Origin: an uncultured delta proteobacterium
GTDB lineage: Bacteria; Myxococcota_A; Polyangia; Palsa-1104
DNA: 64,000 nucleotides
Assembly: GCA_963785725.1 (NCBI GenBank)
Contig: CAWAWS010000004.1
Location: 32,001-96,000, forward strand
Reading direction: 5' to 3'
Position numbers and translations under genes: made by a program. Positions within the stretch are counted from its first letter, which is position 1. Each line of letters begins with the position of its first letter. The notes under the pieces were generated by a model that was not told the DNA's origin, did not search any database, and saw nothing but the letters and a program-made list of their open reading frames with translations. Shown in pieces: positions 19,465-29,616 of this stretch.

Positions 19465-20631
19465 TCATCGGAAGACCCTCGCGCGCGTGCGCTTGGCCCA
19501 GGCCAGCGTGTCCGGCGGCAGCGCGCGCTTGCCGGCCTCGCGCAAACGCCAATACAGCGTCCGGCCGGTGTCGTGCAGCTTGGCGCGCCAGGAGCTGTCG
19601 CGCGCGCGCAGCCGCACCGTCTGGCGCTCGCCGTTGGCCCACTTGAGCTTGTAGGGCTCGCAGCCGCGCAGGAAGTCGTACTCGGCGACGCCTTCGGCGA
19701 AACAGCGCTGCACGACGTGGCCGAGCAGGACCGTGCCGACGGAGCGCTGGCGCCAGTCGGGATCGTAGCCGGCCTGATAGAACGCGAAGCGATCGCCGTG
19801 GCGAAAGCCGTACAAGGCCGCGCGCGTCTCGCCTTCGACGTTCAAGAGATAGAGGCGCGCCCAGCCGGCGTCGGCCATCGCGCGGCCGGCGCGCTGGTGG
19901 AACGCCTCGACCTCCGGCGAGTCGATGGCGTCGGAGCCGCCTTCGACCGCCCAGCGACGATGATGGAGCGCGATCAGCGTGTGCAGGCCGCGGGTCAGCT
20001 CGTCGGGCGTCGTCAGCGTCTCGATGGCGAAGCCGGGCCGCTTTTCCAGCCAGCGCAGCCGCCGCTTCCACTGCTGACCGGTGCCGTCGGGCAGCGCCAT
20101 CAAGTAGCTCTCGAAGTCGCCGCTCAGCGTGATGTGCGGGCAGCGATAGCGCGACGTCTCCGTCACTTGCGCCGGCGCGAGCTGAGCGCTGACCGCCGCG
20201 CGCAGCGGATCGGTCGGCAAGAGGCCGTCGAGGTCGAGCTCGTCGAAGCTGGCGCGCGCGAGGTAGTCGGCGAAGGCGTCGGCCAGCGCCGGCTCGTCGG
20301 CGGCGGCGCAGACGAGGCCGAGATAGTCGGAGCCGACGATGCCTTCGCCGAGGAAGGCCAAGCGGCGGCCGCCGAGCGGCGACGGCGTGCTGAAGAGCGG
20401 CAGCAAGCCGAGGCTACGACCCTGGCGGTGCGCGACGAGGACAACCAGTTCCTTGCCGGCGGAAAAAGTCTTCCACCACGAGGACAGCCAGGCCCACGAG
20501 CGGAAGGGCGCGCCCGGATGCGCGGCATCGGCGAGCCCGCGCCAGGTCGATTCGAGCGCCGCCAGATCGCCGCGCCACGGTGCGATCACGATGGGTTGGC
20601 TCTGCTCGCTGGGCTGGAGAGCGCTACGCAT
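19465..20631 (-). CDS. GNAT (CelD/BcsL-like) acetyltransferase (ExoI-like)
   Basis: PFRSWAWLSSWW, SDYLG, YQAGYDP, YDFLRGCEPYK. Confidence 0.88.
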   Translation of the reverse strand: MRSALQPSEQSQPIVIAPWRGDLAALESTWRGLADAAHPGAPFRSWAWLSSWWKTFSAGKELVVLVAHRQGRSLGLLPLFSTPSPLGGRRLAFLGEGIVGSDYLGLVCAAADEPALADAFADYLARASFDELDLDGLLPTDPLRAAVSAQLAPAQVTETSRYRCPHITLSGDFESYLMALPDGTGQQWKRRLRWLEKRPGFAIETLTTPDELTRGLHTLIALHHRRWAVEGGSDAIDSPEVEAFHQRAGRAMADAGWARLYLLNVEGETRAALYGFRHGDRFAFYQAGYDPDWRQRSVGTVLLGHVVQRCFAEGVAEYDFLRGCEPYKLKWANGERQTVRLRARDSSWRAKLHDTGRTLYWRLREAGKRALPPDTLAWAKRTRARVFR

Positions 20632-21850
20632 GCGCCAGCACCTGTTTCACGGCATGTGCCACTCGATCGATGGCGTCATCGTCGAGCGATTGATGGCAGG
20701 GCAGCTCCAGGATCTCGGCGCGCAGGCGCGTCGCGTCGGGGAACTCCGCCGGGTCGCAGTGCGGGTCGTGGCTGCTCCAGAAGTCGATGGCGTCGATGCC
20801 GCGCGCGTGCAGCTGGGCGACGATCCGCGCCTTGTCGCGGCCGCGCCGCGTGTCGACGCGCACCGGCAGGAACAGCGGGCAGGCGCCGGCCGGCAGCGGG
20901 TGGTGCACGACCTCGATGACGTCGGCCAGCGCCGTCGCCAAGCGCGCGAAGTTGCGGCGCCGGCGCACGACGACCATCTCGTCATCGAAGCGCGGCAACA
21001 GCGTCTGCACCAGCTGCGAGGCGCCCAACTGCAGCTCGGCCTCGGTCAGGTGCATCGTGCCGGTCTTGACGGTCGCGACCGCTTTGTCGACGGTGGCTTG
21101 CGACGTCTTGCGCGCCGCTTGCCGGACCGCGCGGCCGATGCCCGACGAGTGCAGCTCGAGGTGCGCCAGCGCCAAGCCGGCCACGTGATGCAGCGTCGAC
21201 ATGAGCGGCGGCGCGCTCACGTCGGCCACCGGCACGTCGCGCGCGAGCAAGAGCCCTCCGTGCGGCAGCGGCAGCGACTTGTAGAGGCAAAAGCAGCTGG
21301 CGTCGCCGAAGCTGCCGAGCGGAACGCCGTCGGTCGTGCGCGCAAACAGGGAGAGCGCGCAGTCCTCGAACAGGCGAACGCCGTCGTGCGCCCGCGCGAT
21401 GGCGCGCGCCTCGGCGATCGGCTGCGCGAAGCCGGCGTAATGCGTGACGTAGACGACGCGCACGTCGGCGCGCGCCGCTTTGGCCGCCAGGTCGTCGAGG
21501 TCGATGCGCAGGTCGCGCCCGACGCGATAGAAGACGACGTGCGCGCCGGCCGCGCGCACCGCCTCGACTTCGACGCCGTGGTGATAGGCCGGCATGAGGA
21601 CGACGTCGCGGGCGCGATCGTCCGCCGGCCCCAGCCAATGCTTGATCGTGTGATAGACGCCGGCGCGCGCGAGATAGAACAGCTGCGCCGACGGCGCCGC
21701 CAGCTGTGACAGCGGGTAGATGTGCGGCCGGTGCGGCTCCCACGAGGGCAACAGCTGCAGCGGATCGAGCGTCGGCAACGAGGGAATGAAGAGGCGCTGG
21801 CCCGCGTCGGGCGCGGGCGCCGCGGGCGTTGCGACAGGGCTGGCGAGCAT
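20624..21850 (-). CDS. DegT/DnrJ/EryC1/StrS aminotransferase (ExoH-like)
   Basis: VLMPAY, THYAG, EDCA, LYKSLPLPHGG (PLP Lys), LELPCHQ. Confidence 0.88.
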   Translation of the reverse strand: MLASPVATPAAPAPDAGQRLFIPSLPTLDPLQLLPSWEPHRPHIYPLSQLAAPSAQLFYLARAGVYHTIKHWLGPADDRARDVVLMPAYHHGVEVEAVRAAGAHVVFYRVGRDLRIDLDDLAAKAARADVRVVYVTHYAGFAQPIAEARAIARAHDGVRLFEDCALSLFARTTDGVPLGSFGDASCFCLYKSLPLPHGGLLLARDVPVADVSAPPLMSTLHHVAGLALAHLELHSSGIGRAVRQAARKTSQATVDKAVATVKTGTMHLTEAELQLGASQLVQTLLPRFDDEMVVVRRRRNFARLATALADVIEVVHHPLPAGACPLFLPVRVDTRRGRDKARIVAQLHARGIDAIDFWSSHDPHCDPAEFPDATRLRAEILELPCHQSLDDDAIDRVAHAVKQVLAHA

Positions 21851-21853
21851 GGA

Positions 21854-23476
21854 CTAACTCCTGTGGAGGCGCGACCAGAGCGTTCTTGCGACGGGCACGA
21901 GCCGTTTCAAGGTGGGCGCGAGACGAAGCTTCCACGCGGCGAGCGCGCGACCGCGCCACGTCGGGGCGAAGAGGTAGCGAAAGAGCTGCGGGCGCAGCTC
22001 GGCGGTCCAGTCGCGCTTCCACGGCATGTCGTCGCCGAGGAAGTCGAGCTCGCGCACGCCGCGGCCGATGAGATCGCGCACCACGGCGTCGACGAGCAGG
22101 TGGCCGAGCCCGTACGAAGACAGCGCCGGATCGAAGCCGGGCTTGAGCAAGTAATAGGTGTGATCGTCGACGAGCGCGAAGTGGAAGGCGACGCGGCGGC
22201 CGGCGACGGTCAAGAAGTAGCAGGCGAGCTGGCCGCGGCGCGCAAAGGCGTGGGCGAGCGCGCGATAATGACGGTTGAGCTTGGCGTCGCAGGCGATTGC
22301 GGTGCCGAGCTCGCCTTTCCAGCCGGCGGCTTCGAGCGCGAAGCCTTCGTCGAGCAGCGCGTCGAGCGCGGCGGCGTTGCGGTCGTGGCCGTCGACGCGC
22401 TCGAGCGCGACGGCGCCGACTTCGGCCGCGAGCTTCTTGGCGCGACGGCGTAAATTGCCGCGAAACTTCGCGCCCAGCTGCTGGTCGAGCGCGGCGGCGC
22501 TCTCGGGCAGCGGCAGAAAAGGCGACTGCATCGAGGTCCACTCGCCGTCGGCCCAGCCGGCGGCGCGCGCGGCGGCGACCAGCCGATCGGCGGCGGCGCC
22601 TTTGGCCAGCACCGACTGCAGCTCGACGGCGTCCCAGTCGCGGCGGCGGCCCAAGTGCGCGACGAGCGCGCGCGCCGCCGCGTCACCGTCGGCACCGGGC
22701 GCGAGCAGCACGTCGAAGCGCTGCGAATGATCGTCGGTCAACGAACGCAAGACGCGCGCCGGCACGCCCGCCAAGCGGCGGCGCTCGGCGATGAGCGGCA
22801 GCGCCGCCACGAGGCGGCCGCCGCGATGGACGACGAAGAGGCGCAAGTCGCCCACGCGCGCGGCGTCGTGACGGTCGGTCAGCGACGCGGCGTAGATGGC
22901 GAGCCAATCGGGCGACAGGAATGGCCCGCGCGTCAGGCCGGCGGCGGCCATGTCGGCGGCGAGCGCCTCCCACGCCGGTCGCAGCGCCGCGATGGCCGCG
23001 CGATCGTGCAGCTCCTCGACGGCGATCGGCAGCGGTGCCGCGGCCGCAGTCGGAGCGTCGCCGGTCGTCACTTCTACGCGTGCAGCGGCTCGAGCACGAA
23101 CCATCGGCATGACTCCCGTCGCGGATGGCTGCGACGTGTGTGCGCTTTGGGCGCGTTGCTGTTTTGCCGGCGCGCGCGTCGGCACGCCGGGATGCGTGGT
23201 CGCCGGCGCGGGCAGCTTGGCGAGCGCGTCGAGAACGGCGTCGACCTGCGCGCTCGCCATCGCCACGTCCGCGGCGACGCTGGCGGCTTCGGCCGGCGCG
23301 CGCTTGCCCTCGATACGCCGGCCCGCCGGATGCGCGACGCCGCGCGCGACGACCGCCGAGCGCGCGCGCTTGCGCCCGTCGGCGGCCAACGGCACGCGGC
23401 CGCCGTCGGCGACGCCGCTTTCACGCGACGCCGAGCGTGCCAGTGTCGTGACCAGGAAGCGTCCGCCGCGATCCAT
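21854..23476 (-). CDS. GNAT (CelD/BcsL-like) acetyltransferase (ExoG-like)
   Basis: PFLSPDW, EAAGWKG, LKPGFDP, LDFLG..MPWK; start uncertain (23476 by TAATG coupling, or 23110). Confidence 0.85.
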   Translation of the reverse strand: MDRGGRFLVTTLARSASRESGVADGGRVPLAADGRKRARSAVVARGVAHPAGRRIEGKRAPAEAASVAADVAMASAQVDAVLDALAKLPAPATTHPGVPTRAPAKQQRAQSAHTSQPSATGVMPMVRARAAARVEVTTGDAPTAAAAPLPIAVEELHDRAAIAALRPAWEALAADMAAAGLTRGPFLSPDWLAIYAASLTDRHDAARVGDLRLFVVHRGGRLVAALPLIAERRRLAGVPARVLRSLTDDHSQRFDVLLAPGADGDAAARALVAHLGRRRDWDAVELQSVLAKGAAADRLVAAARAAGWADGEWTSMQSPFLPLPESAAALDQQLGAKFRGNLRRRAKKLAAEVGAVALERVDGHDRNAAALDALLDEGFALEAAGWKGELGTAIACDAKLNRHYRALAHAFARRGQLACYFLTVAGRRVAFHFALVDDHTYYLLKPGFDPALSSYGLGHLLVDAVVRDLIGRGVRELDFLGDDMPWKRDWTAELRPQLFRYLFAPTWRGRALAAWKLRLAPTLKRLVPVARTLWSRLHRS

Positions 23477-25518
23477 TAGCGACTGAACCCCGGCACCGAC
23501 GGAACCGGCGCCCACTCGAAGTTCAAGTCGTCATCGATGCGCGTCTCGTTGTCGGCGACGAGGTCCGCGTCCGACACTTCGAGCACGGCCTCGTCCTTCT
23601 TCTTGGCGATGGCCGCGAACACCGGGTTCACGATCGACGTCTTCGGCTTCGGCTGGGGAATCGGCGGCGCCGGGATGGGCGTGTCGACCTTGGCGGTCGT
23701 CGTCTTCGTCGGCTCGCGCAGCCGCGCGTCACGCTTCGGCAGCGTCGATGCCGATGAGCCATCGCGCTGGCTCGCCGTCGAATGGCCGGCCGTCGGCAGC
23801 GCCGATGCGAAGGAGCTCCCCGTCGCCGAATTCGTGCGCGGCGACGGCGCCGCCACCGAATGGCGCCGCGGCAAGGGCGCGGATACCGAATTCGTGCGCG
23901 GAGGCGGCGCCGTGACCGAGCTGCCGGAAGCCCAATTGGGGCGCGGGGGCGGCGCAGCGACCGAGTTGCCGGAAGCCGAGCTCGTGCGCGGAAGTGGCGC
24001 CGTGACCGAGTTGCCGGAAGCCGAATTCGTGCGCGGAAGTGGCGCCGTGACCGAGTTAGCGGAAGCCGAATTCGTGTGCGGAAGCGGCGCCGCGACCGAG
24101 TTGCCTGACGTCGAATTCGTGCGCGGAAGTGGCGCCGTGACCGAGTTGCCTGACGTCGAGTTGGCGCGCGGAAGTGGCGCCGTGACTGAGTTGCCTGACG
24201 TCGAATTGGCGCGCGGAAGCGGCGCCGTGACCGAGTTGCCTGACGTCGAATTGGCGCGCGGCAGCGGCGTGGCCACGGAGCTCGCGCGCGGAAGCGGCGT
24301 GGCGGCCGAATTGGCGCGTGGCAGCGGCGCCGTGACCGAGCTGCCGGAAGCCGGATTCGCCCGCGGCAGCGGCGTCGCCTGCGAATGGCTCGGCAACGGC
24401 GTCACCTGCGAATGGCCGGGAATCGGCGTGCCGAACGCCGGCGTCACCACCGAGCCGAAGCGTCGCGTCGGCACATTGAGCTGCGGGAACGACATCTTCT
24501 TGCGCGGCGCCGTCGGCTCGTCCTTGGGCGCGAACCACGCGTTGGGATCGACGTTGCGCAGCGACTGATAGTGCTCGACCGTCTTCTGCAAGCCCTCGCG
24601 CAGTCGCACCGCCGGCGCCCAGCCGAGCACTTTGCAGGCGCGCGCGATCTGCGGGCGCGACTGCTTCGGATCCCACGGCGGCGCCGGAATGTACGTGGGG
24701 TCGATCGCCAGCCGCTTCTTGCCGCAGCACTCGAGCACCATGTTCCACAGGAAATTGACGGCCACCGCTTCGCCGGACGCGATGTTGAGCGGCTCGGCCG
24801 GCGGATCGTCGACCGTCAGCGCCGCCAGCACCGCGGCCACGACGTTGTCGACGTAGATGAGATCGCGCGTCTGCTGGCCGTCGCCGAAGAGCACCGGCGC
24901 CTTGCCGTCGAGCGCGGCGCGGATGAGCTTGGCGACGAGGCCGGCGTCGTCGCGCTCGGCGTCTTCGTCGGGCCCGAAGACGCGGAAGATGCGCAAGTTG
25001 ACGACGGGCACGCCGAACGCCTCGCGATAGACGCGGCCATATTGCTCCATCGCCAGCGCCATGACGGCTTCGGGCGTCATCGGCCGCGGCGGCAACTCCT
25101 CGTGCAAGACGAAGCCGGCCTGCTTGCCGTAGACCGACGCCGAGCCACACAAAATGACGCGAATGCGATCGCTCTTGACGACGCCGCCCGATGCTTCGGC
25201 GCGCGCATGATTGAGGATGTGCAGCGCGCCGCCGAGGTTGACGTCTTGCGCGCGAATGCAGTCGACGCCCGGCTGCACGCCGGCCAAATGCACGACCGCG
25301 GCGACGCCTTGCATGGCGCGCTGCACGGCCGCCGGATTGCGCACGTCGCCGTGCAGGAGCTCGATGCCGTCGATGGCGGCGAGACGATCGCGTTTGCCGG
25401 TCGACAGATCGTCGAGGACGCGCACGCCGTAACCGCTGGCGGCGAGCGCGCGAGCGACGTGGGAACCGATGAATCCAGCTCCGCCGGTGATGAGAACTTT
25501 GCTTCCCTGAGTGAGCAT
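23476..25518 (-). CDS. NAD-dependent epimerase/dehydratase-fold protein with repetitive C-terminal tail
   Basis: TGGAGFIGSH, DDLSTG, GDGQQTRD; catalytic YxxxK replaced by EAVMA. Confidence 0.85.
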   Translation of the reverse strand: MLTQGSKVLITGGAGFIGSHVARALAASGYGVRVLDDLSTGKRDRLAAIDGIELLHGDVRNPAAVQRAMQGVAAVVHLAGVQPGVDCIRAQDVNLGGALHILNHARAEASGGVVKSDRIRVILCGSASVYGKQAGFVLHEELPPRPMTPEAVMALAMEQYGRVYREAFGVPVVNLRIFRVFGPDEDAERDDAGLVAKLIRAALDGKAPVLFGDGQQTRDLIYVDNVVAAVLAALTVDDPPAEPLNIASGEAVAVNFLWNMVLECCGKKRLAIDPTYIPAPPWDPKQSRPQIARACKVLGWAPAVRLREGLQKTVEHYQSLRNVDPNAWFAPKDEPTAPRKKMSFPQLNVPTRRFGSVVTPAFGTPIPGHSQVTPLPSHSQATPLPRANPASGSSVTAPLPRANSAATPLPRASSVATPLPRANSTSGNSVTAPLPRANSTSGNSVTAPLPRANSTSGNSVTAPLPRTNSTSGNSVAAPLPHTNSASANSVTAPLPRTNSASGNSVTAPLPRTSSASGNSVAAPPPRPNWASGSSVTAPPPRTNSVSAPLPRRHSVAAPSPRTNSATGSSFASALPTAGHSTASQRDGSSASTLPKRDARLREPTKTTTAKVDTPIPAPPIPQPKPKTSIVNPVFAAIAKKKDEAVLEVSDADLVADNETRIDDDLNFEWAPVPSVPGFSR
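23815..24420 (-). repeat. Intragenic tandem repeat, mainly 45 bp (PLPRANSTSGNSVTA)
   Basis: About ten 15-aa units plus shorter 9-10-aa units; period 45 bp (e.g. 24121 vs 24166). Confidence 0.9.
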
Positions 25519-25554
25519 CTTCGTTGACCCTCGTCCCGACTGAACCTCTGTCTT

Positions 25555-25570
25555 TGCGCGCGATGTGCCA
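25555..25570 (-). promoter_or_regulatory. Candidate sigma-54 promoter for the epimerase-like gene
   Basis: TGGCACATCGCGCGCA. Confidence 0.6.
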
Positions 25571-25783
25571 ATCGCTCTGCTTGCCGCTGGAAGTTGCTAC
25601 GCCGTCGAAATGCCGTCGGAAAGCGCGTTCGCCGAGGTCGCTTACGCGCGTGCGGCGCGGGGGTGGAGTGGCGGGCGCGGCTAGGGCTGGGGAATGTTCG
25701 CGCGCAAGAAAACGCCGTTCTTGCGGAGTGGAAGTGGGGCGCATGAATGCGGACGATTGAGGGCGGCTGGGCGGTGGATGACG

Positions 25784-26128
25784 GGACTAAGAATCCGGAG
25801 GATGGTGGGCTCGGCGGAAATGCCCCCATCCACCCTCCCTTTATCGGGCGAGCGCGCAGAAAGTTGCGTGTCGGTTCGGCGACCCACGCAAAGCGTGTTC
25901 GAGCGGCTGCGTGGACTAAGAATCCGGAGGATGGTGGGCTCGGCGGAAATGCCCCCATCCACCCTCCCTTTATCGGGTGAGCGCGCAGAAAGTTGCGTGT
26001 CCGTTTGGTGACCCACGCAACGCGCGTTCGAGCGGCTGCGTGGACTAAGAATCCGGAGGATGGTGGGCCCGGAGAAAATGCCCCCATCCACCCTCCCTTT
26101 ATCGGCCGCCCCCGCAGAAAGTTGCGTG
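25784..26128 (-). repeat. Three tandem 129-bp-period copies of the dispersed hairpin repeat
   Basis: GGACTAAGAATCCGGAGGATGGTGGGC starts at 25784, 25913 and 26042. Confidence 0.92.
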
Positions 26129-26142
26129 CCGGCCTCCAGCCT

Positions 26143-27471
26143 CTACCGCGCCCCCCGCCCAAAAATGACGACTTTGGCCGTATGAAACAAGATCGAGCAA
26201 TCCAACAAAACGCTCAGGTGCTTGACGTACCACAAGTCGTAATGCAGCTTCTCGCGCGCCTCCTCGAGTGACGCCGCGTACGGATACTTGATCTGCGCCC
26301 ACCCCGTGATTCCCGGCGGCACCAGCGTGCGCAAGTCGTAATACGGAATCTGCACCCGCAGCTTGGCCACGAACTCCGGCCGCTCCGGTCGCGGGCCGAC
26401 GATGCCCATCTCGCCTTTCAAGACGTTCAAGATCTGCGGCAGCTCGTCGATGCGGAAGCGGCGCAAATATTTGCCGATGCCGGTGACGCGCGAGTCGTTC
26501 TTCTGCGCCCACTTGATGCCGTTGGCCTCGGCGTCCGTCCGCATGGTGCGGAACTTCATCATCTTGAAGTTGCGCCCGCTCATGCCGACGCGCTCTTGCG
26601 TGTAAAAGACCGGCCCTTTGGAGTCCAGCTTAATGATGATGGACACCAGCAATAGCACCGGCGCCGCCAAGATGAACAGCACCAGCGACGCCAGCAGCGA
26701 CACCAGCCGCCGTCCCGCCAACAGCCACGCCGGTCGCGCGAAGCCGTCGGAGAAGACGAGATCGCTCGGCTTCACCAAGTCGACGGGGATCTTCTTGAGC
26801 GCGCGCTCGGCGAAGGTCGTCGCGTCGATGACCTCGAGGCCGGCCAGGCGACAGGCCAACAGCTCGCGCACGTTGAGCCCGCGCCGATCGTCGACGGCGA
26901 CGACGATGACGTCGGCGCCGCGAGCCCGCGCCCGCGCCGCCAGCCCGCTCGTCTCGATCGCCGCCGAGCCGACGACCTCGGAGTGACCGTCGAGCCCGAT
27001 TTCGCGCTGCAAAATCGACGCGGCCTGCGTGCCTTGGCCGATGACGAAGACGCGCGCCCGCAGCGCCGCGATGCGCCCCAAGTCGGGCAGCGCCGCGCGC
27101 AAGGCCAGCGCCACCGTGCAGGCGCCGCCCAAGCCGGCGACCGCGATCGCCTTGGCCGGTGACGGGCCGGGAATGAGCAGCGTCCCCAGGCCGCAGACGA
27201 TCGTCGTCGCTCCAATCGCCTTCAAGAGGCGCGCGGCTTTCGGCGCATCTTGGTAAGCGACTTTGAAGTCGTACAAATCGGCCAAATAGAGGGCGATCTG
27301 CAGCGCTGCGGTGGCGCAGGCGGCCTCGACGACGATGCGGATCCAGTCCGCATTGGCACCGAGGCCACGCGCCACCGCCAGCGCGGTGACGATGAAAGCG
27401 GCCAGAAGGGCGAGCTGCTCGCCGACGAAGAAGCCGAGCTTCCTCGACTCGACGTACGAACGAACCGACAT
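26143..27471 (-). CDS. Polyprenyl-phosphate hexose-1-phosphate transferase (ExoE/WcaJ-like)
   Basis: N-terminal TMs, KFRTM, RFRIDELPQ, VGPRPERP, PGITGWAQ. Confidence 0.93.
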   Translation of the reverse strand: MSVRSYVESRKLGFFVGEQLALLAAFIVTALAVARGLGANADWIRIVVEAACATAALQIALYLADLYDFKVAYQDAPKAARLLKAIGATTIVCGLGTLLIPGPSPAKAIAVAGLGGACTVALALRAALPDLGRIAALRARVFVIGQGTQAASILQREIGLDGHSEVVGSAAIETSGLAARARARGADVIVVAVDDRRGLNVRELLACRLAGLEVIDATTFAERALKKIPVDLVKPSDLVFSDGFARPAWLLAGRRLVSLLASLVLFILAAPVLLLVSIIIKLDSKGPVFYTQERVGMSGRNFKMMKFRTMRTDAEANGIKWAQKNDSRVTGIGKYLRRFRIDELPQILNVLKGEMGIVGPRPERPEFVAKLRVQIPYYDLRTLVPPGITGWAQIKYPYAASLEEAREKLHYDLWYVKHLSVLLDCSILFHTAKVVIFGRGAR

Positions 27472-27477
27472 GACGGG

Positions 27478-28248
27478 TTACCTCTTGGCCGGAAGAGCTT
27501 TCTGAGCGGAGCCGTAGGGCTGGAGGCGCAAGGCCGAGGCCACGCGCGGGTCGACGTCGTTGAGGACGATGCCGTGCACGTGCACGCCGAAGAGCGCCGC
27601 AATCGCCGAGTCCACGAGCTCCTTCGCCGTGACCCCGGCGCGCACGACCATGATGGCGCCGTCGAGGTCGTGGCACAGCGTCGGCACGTCGGCCATGTTC
27701 AAGGCCGGCGGCGTATCGACGACCACGAAGTCGAAGCGCTGCTTCAACGACGCCATCAAGTCACCGAGGCGCGGGCTGTACAGCGTGTCCGACAAGTCGT
27801 CGGGCGTGTTGCCCGCCGGCAAGACGTACAGCTCGTCCGCGCCGAAGCGCCACAAACAATCCTCGATCGACGCGCGTCCGGCGACGACATCGCACAGGCC
27901 CTTCTGCGCGCGCAGGCCGAGCAGATTGGCGACGCCGGGGCGGCGCAGGTCGGCGTCGACGAGCGCGACGCGGTTGCGTCCGCCTTTGCCGAGCGCCAGC
28001 GCCGCGTTGACCGCCGTCGTCGTCTTGCCGTCGCCCGACTGCGGCGAGGTGAACGCCAGCGCCTTGAAGCCGTCGCGCGCCAGGCACTCCATGCGATAGC
28101 GCAGCACCCGATACTGCTCGGCCGCGGGCGACGCCGGATGCGTCAGGCTCACGACTCGGGTCGACTGTGCGGGCTCGTACGTCTCGGCATCCATGATGGG
28201 CGCCGCGTTGCCGTAGCTGCTCATCTCGTTGGTGATCGTCGTAGCCAT
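27478..28248 (-). CDS. Stand-alone BY-kinase, CpsD/CapB family (ExoD-like)
   Basis: AEQYRVLR, GDGKTT, DADLRRP, VVDTPP. Confidence 0.92.
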   Translation of the reverse strand: MATTITNEMSSYGNAAPIMDAETYEPAQSTRVVSLTHPASPAAEQYRVLRYRMECLARDGFKALAFTSPQSGDGKTTTAVNAALALGKGGRNRVALVDADLRRPGVANLLGLRAQKGLCDVVAGRASIEDCLWRFGADELYVLPAGNTPDDLSDTLYSPRLGDLMASLKQRFDFVVVDTPPALNMADVPTLCHDLDGAIMVVRAGVTAKELVDSAIAALFGVHVHGIVLNDVDPRVASALRLQPYGSAQKALPAKR

Positions 28249-28254
28249 GGTCTT

Positions 28255-29616
28255 CTAAGCCTCCGCCTTGGGTCCACGGGTGAACAAGCCGCCCTTGGGC
28301 ATCTCGACCCGCGGGATAATCGCCAGAATCGGCGTCGTCGCCGCGAGGTCGCCGAGCTGCTCGGGGCCACGCACCGAAGTGTCGTTGGCGTCGAGAGCAA
28401 AGCCCATGCCGAGCCCCAGCGCGAGCGCGAGCAGGATGGCGCCGAGCCCCAACAGGGGACGATTGGGCGACATCGGGTGCTGCGGAACGGAAGCGCTTTC
28501 CACAAGGTCGAAGCGCATCGCGGCAAGTCCCTTCTCAAGGCTGGCCGAGAGCTCCGCATCGCGAAGGTGGCTCAACGTCATGTTGTACTTGTCCTTCAAC
28601 CCGTCGTAGTTCGCCTGCAGCATTGCAAGGTCCTGGCCGTTGTGCGCCGTCGCGTCGACGCGGCCGCGCACGTCCGACTGACGCGAGCGCAGGCCGGCCA
28701 ACATCGCCTTGGTGCGACCGATGTCGCCTTCGAGCGCCGCCAGCTCCGGATTGTTGCGGCGGAGATGGTCATTCAAGCCACGCTCGTCCTCGAGCCGCTG
28801 GTTGTGCACGCGGTTGAGCTCGGCCTGGATGCGCTTCACTTCCGGGTTGTCCTCCGTGTACTTCGTGCGCGCCTCGTACAGCGCCGCCGACAGGTTCTCT
28901 TCCTGATGACGCAAGGGCGACATCGACGACGCGAGCAGCGCGCGGCGACGCTCCTGATCCATGTCGAGGTTGGTCGACTGGATGTTGATCTCCATCGTCG
29001 TCTGGTCGAGCGTGCGCAGATTGCCTTCCTGCTGCTCGGGCAGGGCGCCGTAGTGCTTGCCCTTGAACTCGCGCAGCTGCTTGTCGGCCACGTCCAGCTG
29101 CGGCTTCAGCGACTCGAGCTCACCCTTGAACGCGGTGACCGTCGCCGACGCCACCTCCTCGCGGTGCTCGACCTGGTGCTGCATGAACAGCTCGGCCACC
29201 TTGTTGACCACGGCGCGGGCGCGCTCGGGGTTCGGGTCGGCGTAGGTCAAGAGGAAGGTGTCTTCGCCTTCCACTTTGACGTCCATGCGCGTCTTCACGT
29301 CATCGACGACGTCGTCGATCTTCTTGCCGTGCACGAGGTCGAGCTGCTGCACCGCTTCGGTGACGATCGGCCGCGCCATCACCGACAGGCGCAGCGACTT
29401 CAGCCGTTCACCAATCTGCTCGGCCACCGTCGGCGCGACATACTCCTTGGCCGGCTGCACCTCGGCGGCGCGGATGACGGCAGCGGCTTTGTAGCCGGGC
29501 TCCACTTGGTAGATGAGCGCGGCGCTCACGCCGAGGACACCCACCATGGTGGCGATGATCGGAATCTTCCGGCGGCGGAACACGCCGCGCACTTTTGCAA
29601 ACCCAAGCTCGTTCAT
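28255..29616 (-). CDS. wzc: Polysaccharide co-polymerase, GumC/Wzc membrane part (ExoC-like)
   Basis: Two TMs flanking a coiled coil, YTEDNPEV, PMSPNR. Confidence 0.88.
   Translation of the reverse strand: MNELGFAKVRGVFRRRKIPIIATMVGVLGVSAALIYQVEPGYKAAAVIRAAEVQPAKEYVAPTVAEQIGERLKSLRLSVMARPIVTEAVQQLDLVHGKKIDDVVDDVKTRMDVKVEGEDTFLLTYADPNPERARAVVNKVAELFMQHQVEHREEVASATVTAFKGELESLKPQLDVADKQLREFKGKHYGALPEQQEGNLRTLDQTTMEINIQSTNLDMDQERRRALLASSMSPLRHQEENLSAALYEARTKYTEDNPEVKRIQAELNRVHNQRLEDERGLNDHLRRNNPELAALEGDIGRTKAMLAGLRSRQSDVRGRVDATAHNGQDLAMLQANYDGLKDKYNMTLSHLRDAELSASLEKGLAAMRFDLVESASVPQHPMSPNRPLLGLGAILLALALGLGMGFALDANDTSVRGPEQLGDLAATTPILAIIPRVEMPKGGLFTRGPKAEA

Noticed and set aside
10589..23476. Lasso-peptide/RiPP cluster suggested by AsnB-like genes
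   Set aside because: Both AsnB proteins have full glutaminase domains, no precursor or B proteins are visible, and the context is polysaccharide
23537..24568. Antisense repeat protein (ELPDVELARGSGAV)
   Set aside because: Reverse complement of the epimerase tail; no independent start signals
25784..26128. CRISPR array
   Set aside because: Units are 129 bp, the intervening segments resemble each other rather than being unique spacers, and there are no cas genes
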